Assembly (NCBI RefSeq): GCF_030684315.1
Contig: NC_081383.1
Coordinates: forward strand, 19,451,942 to 19,515,941
From: Stegostoma tigrinum
Lineage: Eukaryota
Length of the DNA: 64,000 nt
Reading direction: 5' to 3'
How positions within the stretch are numbered: position 1 is the stretch's first letter; each line of letters starts with the position of its first letter. The notes under the pieces were generated by a model. That model did no database searches. It was not told the origin of the DNA and was given only the letters and a program-made list of their open reading frames with translations. Both the position numbers and the translations under genes were made by a program. Below, in pieces: positions 61,400 through 64,000 of this stretch.

Positions 61400-62490
61400 T
61401 TAGCCATAGAGATATACAGCATGGAAACAGACCCTTCAATCCAACTCCATGCTGACCAATAATCCTAAATAAATCTAGTTCCATTTACCAGCATTTCCAC
61501 CCACATTCCTCTAAACCCTTCCTATTCATGTACCCATCCAGGTGCCTTTTAAATGTTGTAATTGTACCAGTCTCCACCAATTCCTCTGGCAGCTTATTTC
61601 ATTCACGCACTACCCCCTAGATTTGGACTCCCACCCTAGGGAAAAGACCTTGTCTGGTTACTCTACTCATGCCTCCAATGATTTTATAAGCCTTTGAAAG
61701 GTCAGCCCTCAGCTTCTGACACTCCAGAGAAAATAGTCCCAGCCTGTTCAGCTTTTCCCTATTGCTGAAACCCTCTAACCCTGGCAATATGCTTGTAAAT
61801 CTTTTCTGAACCCTTTCAAGTTTCACAACATCCTCCCCACAGCAGGGAGACTAGAATTGAACACAGTATTCCAATAGTGGCTTTACCAATGTCCTGTACA
61901 GCTGTGACATGACTTTCAAACTCCTATACTCAATGTACTGCCAAATAAAGGCATGCATACCAGATGTTTTGAAAACTGGAAGAACTGCGGTTGCTGTAAA
62001 TTGGGAACAAAAACAAGAGTTTCTGGAAAAGCTCAGCAAGTCTGGCAGTATCTGTGAAGAAAAAAAAATCACAGTTAATGTTTTGGGTCCAGTGACCTTT
62101 CCTCAGAATTGTTCTGAGGAAAGGTCACCAGACCCGAAACGTTAACTGTGATTTTTTTCTTCAAAGATACTGCCAGACCTGTTGAGCTTTTCCTGTAACT
62201 TCTGTTTTTGTTCCCTATTTACTGCATCCGCAGTTCTTTCAGTTTTCCAGTAACTTCTGTTTTTATACCAATTGTCTTCTTAACTATCCTGTCGATCTGT
62301 GACTCTACTTTCAAGGAACTATGAACCTGCACTGCCAGATCTCTCGATTCAGCAACACCAGGACCTTATCAGGTATATAAATCCTGTCCTGATTTGCCTT
62401 TCCAAAATGCAGCACTGCATGTTTATTTAAATTAATCTCCATCTGCGACTCCTCGGCCCATTGGCCCACCTGAATATGATCTTGTTATAC
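61400..62490 (-). mobile_element. CR1-type LINE 3' fragment interrupted by a palindromic element
   Basis: LERVQKRFT.ILPGL and LYRTLVKPLLEYCVQF; homology resumes after 62270. Confidence 0.9.
61963..62264. mobile_element. Palindromic family B hammerhead element, 6-bp TSD
   Basis: Arms ~61971-62108 and 62112-62247 with a 3-nt spacer. Core GTT-CTGAGGA-AAGGTCACCAGACCC-GAAACGTT-AAC at 62111-62146. TSD ATACCA at 61957-61962 and 62265-62270. Confidence 0.88.
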
Positions 62491-63119
62491 TGTTACTTTC
62501 TCTATGAAAAGTTTAACCCATCATGTGTATTTTTATGATGTCATTAGATCACAGATCTAGCTAAATTCATTCGAGGAAAAGCTAGACATGCTTCTTGTCC
62601 AAATGGACATCACTACTTACAAAGCTGTAGGGGCAGGACTTTACAATTCATATTCAATGTGTGGTCACAGGTTGCATGGTTCACAGGAAATCCCCACCAG
62701 CAGAACCAAACCCACCAGATCATGTGCTAATCACGCACCTAAGTGCTCCCTTGGTGAGCTTTCCAGCATGTCATGTCCTTGGGCAGCAAAGACCCTATGT
62801 AGCTAGTCAGAGACCAGATGCTGTGGTCAGCATCTTTTGTGGGCTCTTTTTTAGGGATAGGTTAGCTTCTGGGGAGGGTAGTGGGTTCAGGGGAGAAGGA
62901 GGGTAAGACAAGCAGTGTATTTCATTACCACCTCTACCCTAATCCTCCCCAAGCTGGGGTGTATACAGGGCCCCACCAACGTGGCAGGCAGGTCACTCAT
63001 TTTATGACTCAGGAAGCCTGAAAATGTTCTTTGGTGCCAGGAATAGAGTTAATCGCATGGTAGCATTAAGATGCCCTTAGAGGTCCTTAATTAGTAGCAG
63101 GTCGAGAGATCGTCCACGT

Positions 63120-63390
63120 GCGTTCCATCCATTCAGCACTTTGAACCTGTTCTGCCATTTAGTATGATCATGCAGAACATCTAACTCAATACCCTGTACC
63201 CACTTTCTCCTCATACTCTTTGATCCTTTCAGCCCCAAAAAGTGCATGTAACTCTTTCTTGAAAAAATTCAATGCTTTTGGACCAAACACTTCCTGTGGC
63301 AGAAAATTCCACAGGTTCACCACTCTCTGGGTGAAGAAATTTCTCCTCATCTCAACCGTAAATGGCTCTATCTTGTATCTTTAGACTCTG
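63120..63390 (-). mobile_element. CR1-type LINE extreme 3' fragment
   Basis: Colinear with 54990-55240. Confidence 0.8.
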
Positions 63391-64000
63391 CCGGGTTAAT
63401 TTCTGAGGTGGTGAAAAGGGGAAGGGTATCTCATCAGTGCCAACACACCCTATTATCTGCCTTTACAACCTTGCTTGCGACTTCTCAGGATGGAAAATTC
63501 TGTTGTAGTACATCAATGAATTCTGGGCCAGGCTGGTCTTCTGCAATTGTTTTGAATGTATAGGTAGGCTGGAAAGTAATTTCCCACCTCTTTTTTTTCA
63601 TCAAATTGGCTTGGATTTATTTTTCTGTCTTGGATTTTTTTAGTTGGTTCGTATTAGATTTGGCTGTGTGGCGAATGTTTTATTATGATACACAAGGTAA
63701 TGTGGAACAGGCAGGTGGATCAGAGGGGCTTTTCCAGTCCATAATTTCCACACTGTTCTCATATGCTTTGATAAAGAAGGTCTTTCAATCTGATGAGGAC
63801 CGTTCAGAATAGCAACTTACACTCTCCTATTATATGCATCCTTTGTTTATCAAACAGATCAGTGGACTGGCCTAAACAATCAATCCTACAACATGTTCCT
63901 GCTGTTGGTCATTCTCTGTGTAAAGAAGCATTTTGTAGAAACTATTTATAATCTGCCTTGCACAACTCTAAACCTGTTATATATTCCCCTGCTACTAAGA

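Noticed and set aside
63821-63871. Possible 51-nt minus-strand exon (xQSTDLFDKQRMHIIGE)
   Set aside because: AG/GTAAGT flanks and phase are compatible, but the polypyrimidine tract is weak and the peptide is not recognisable.

Overview
Vertebrate genomic DNA, almost certainly from a cartilaginous fish (shark). This is inferred from HE1/V-SINEs, Deu-domain SINEs, many CR1 fragments and the protein sequences. The window holds the conserved gene block PLEKHJ1 (-, first coding exon only), a bidirectional CpG/ETS promoter, SF3A2 (+, 8 coding exons, 520 aa), AMH (+, 5 exons, 684 aa) and a probable JSRP1 (-, 3' exons), the same order and orientation as human 19p13.3. All SF3A2 and AMH exons were assembled by hand with GT-AG sites and consistent phases. 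The most unusual signal is non-coding: about 10 clear insertions from at least four sequence families carry minimal hammerhead-ribozyme cores (CTGANGA-stem-GAAACGTH). Most share one architecture: an inverted copy of the element's 3' end joined to a sense 3' end, flanked by 6-16 bp target-site duplications. One member is a 2.2-kb Penelope-like RT/GIY-YIG element with ~620-bp inverted arms, inserted ~165 bp after the AMH stop codon, which identifies the likely parent class. Other notable points are a homogenised 17 x 27-bp coding minisatellite (PPPPTPQGL) in SF3A2 and a BMP-like AMH mature domain. No database searches or folding computations were run; repeat boundaries are approximate.
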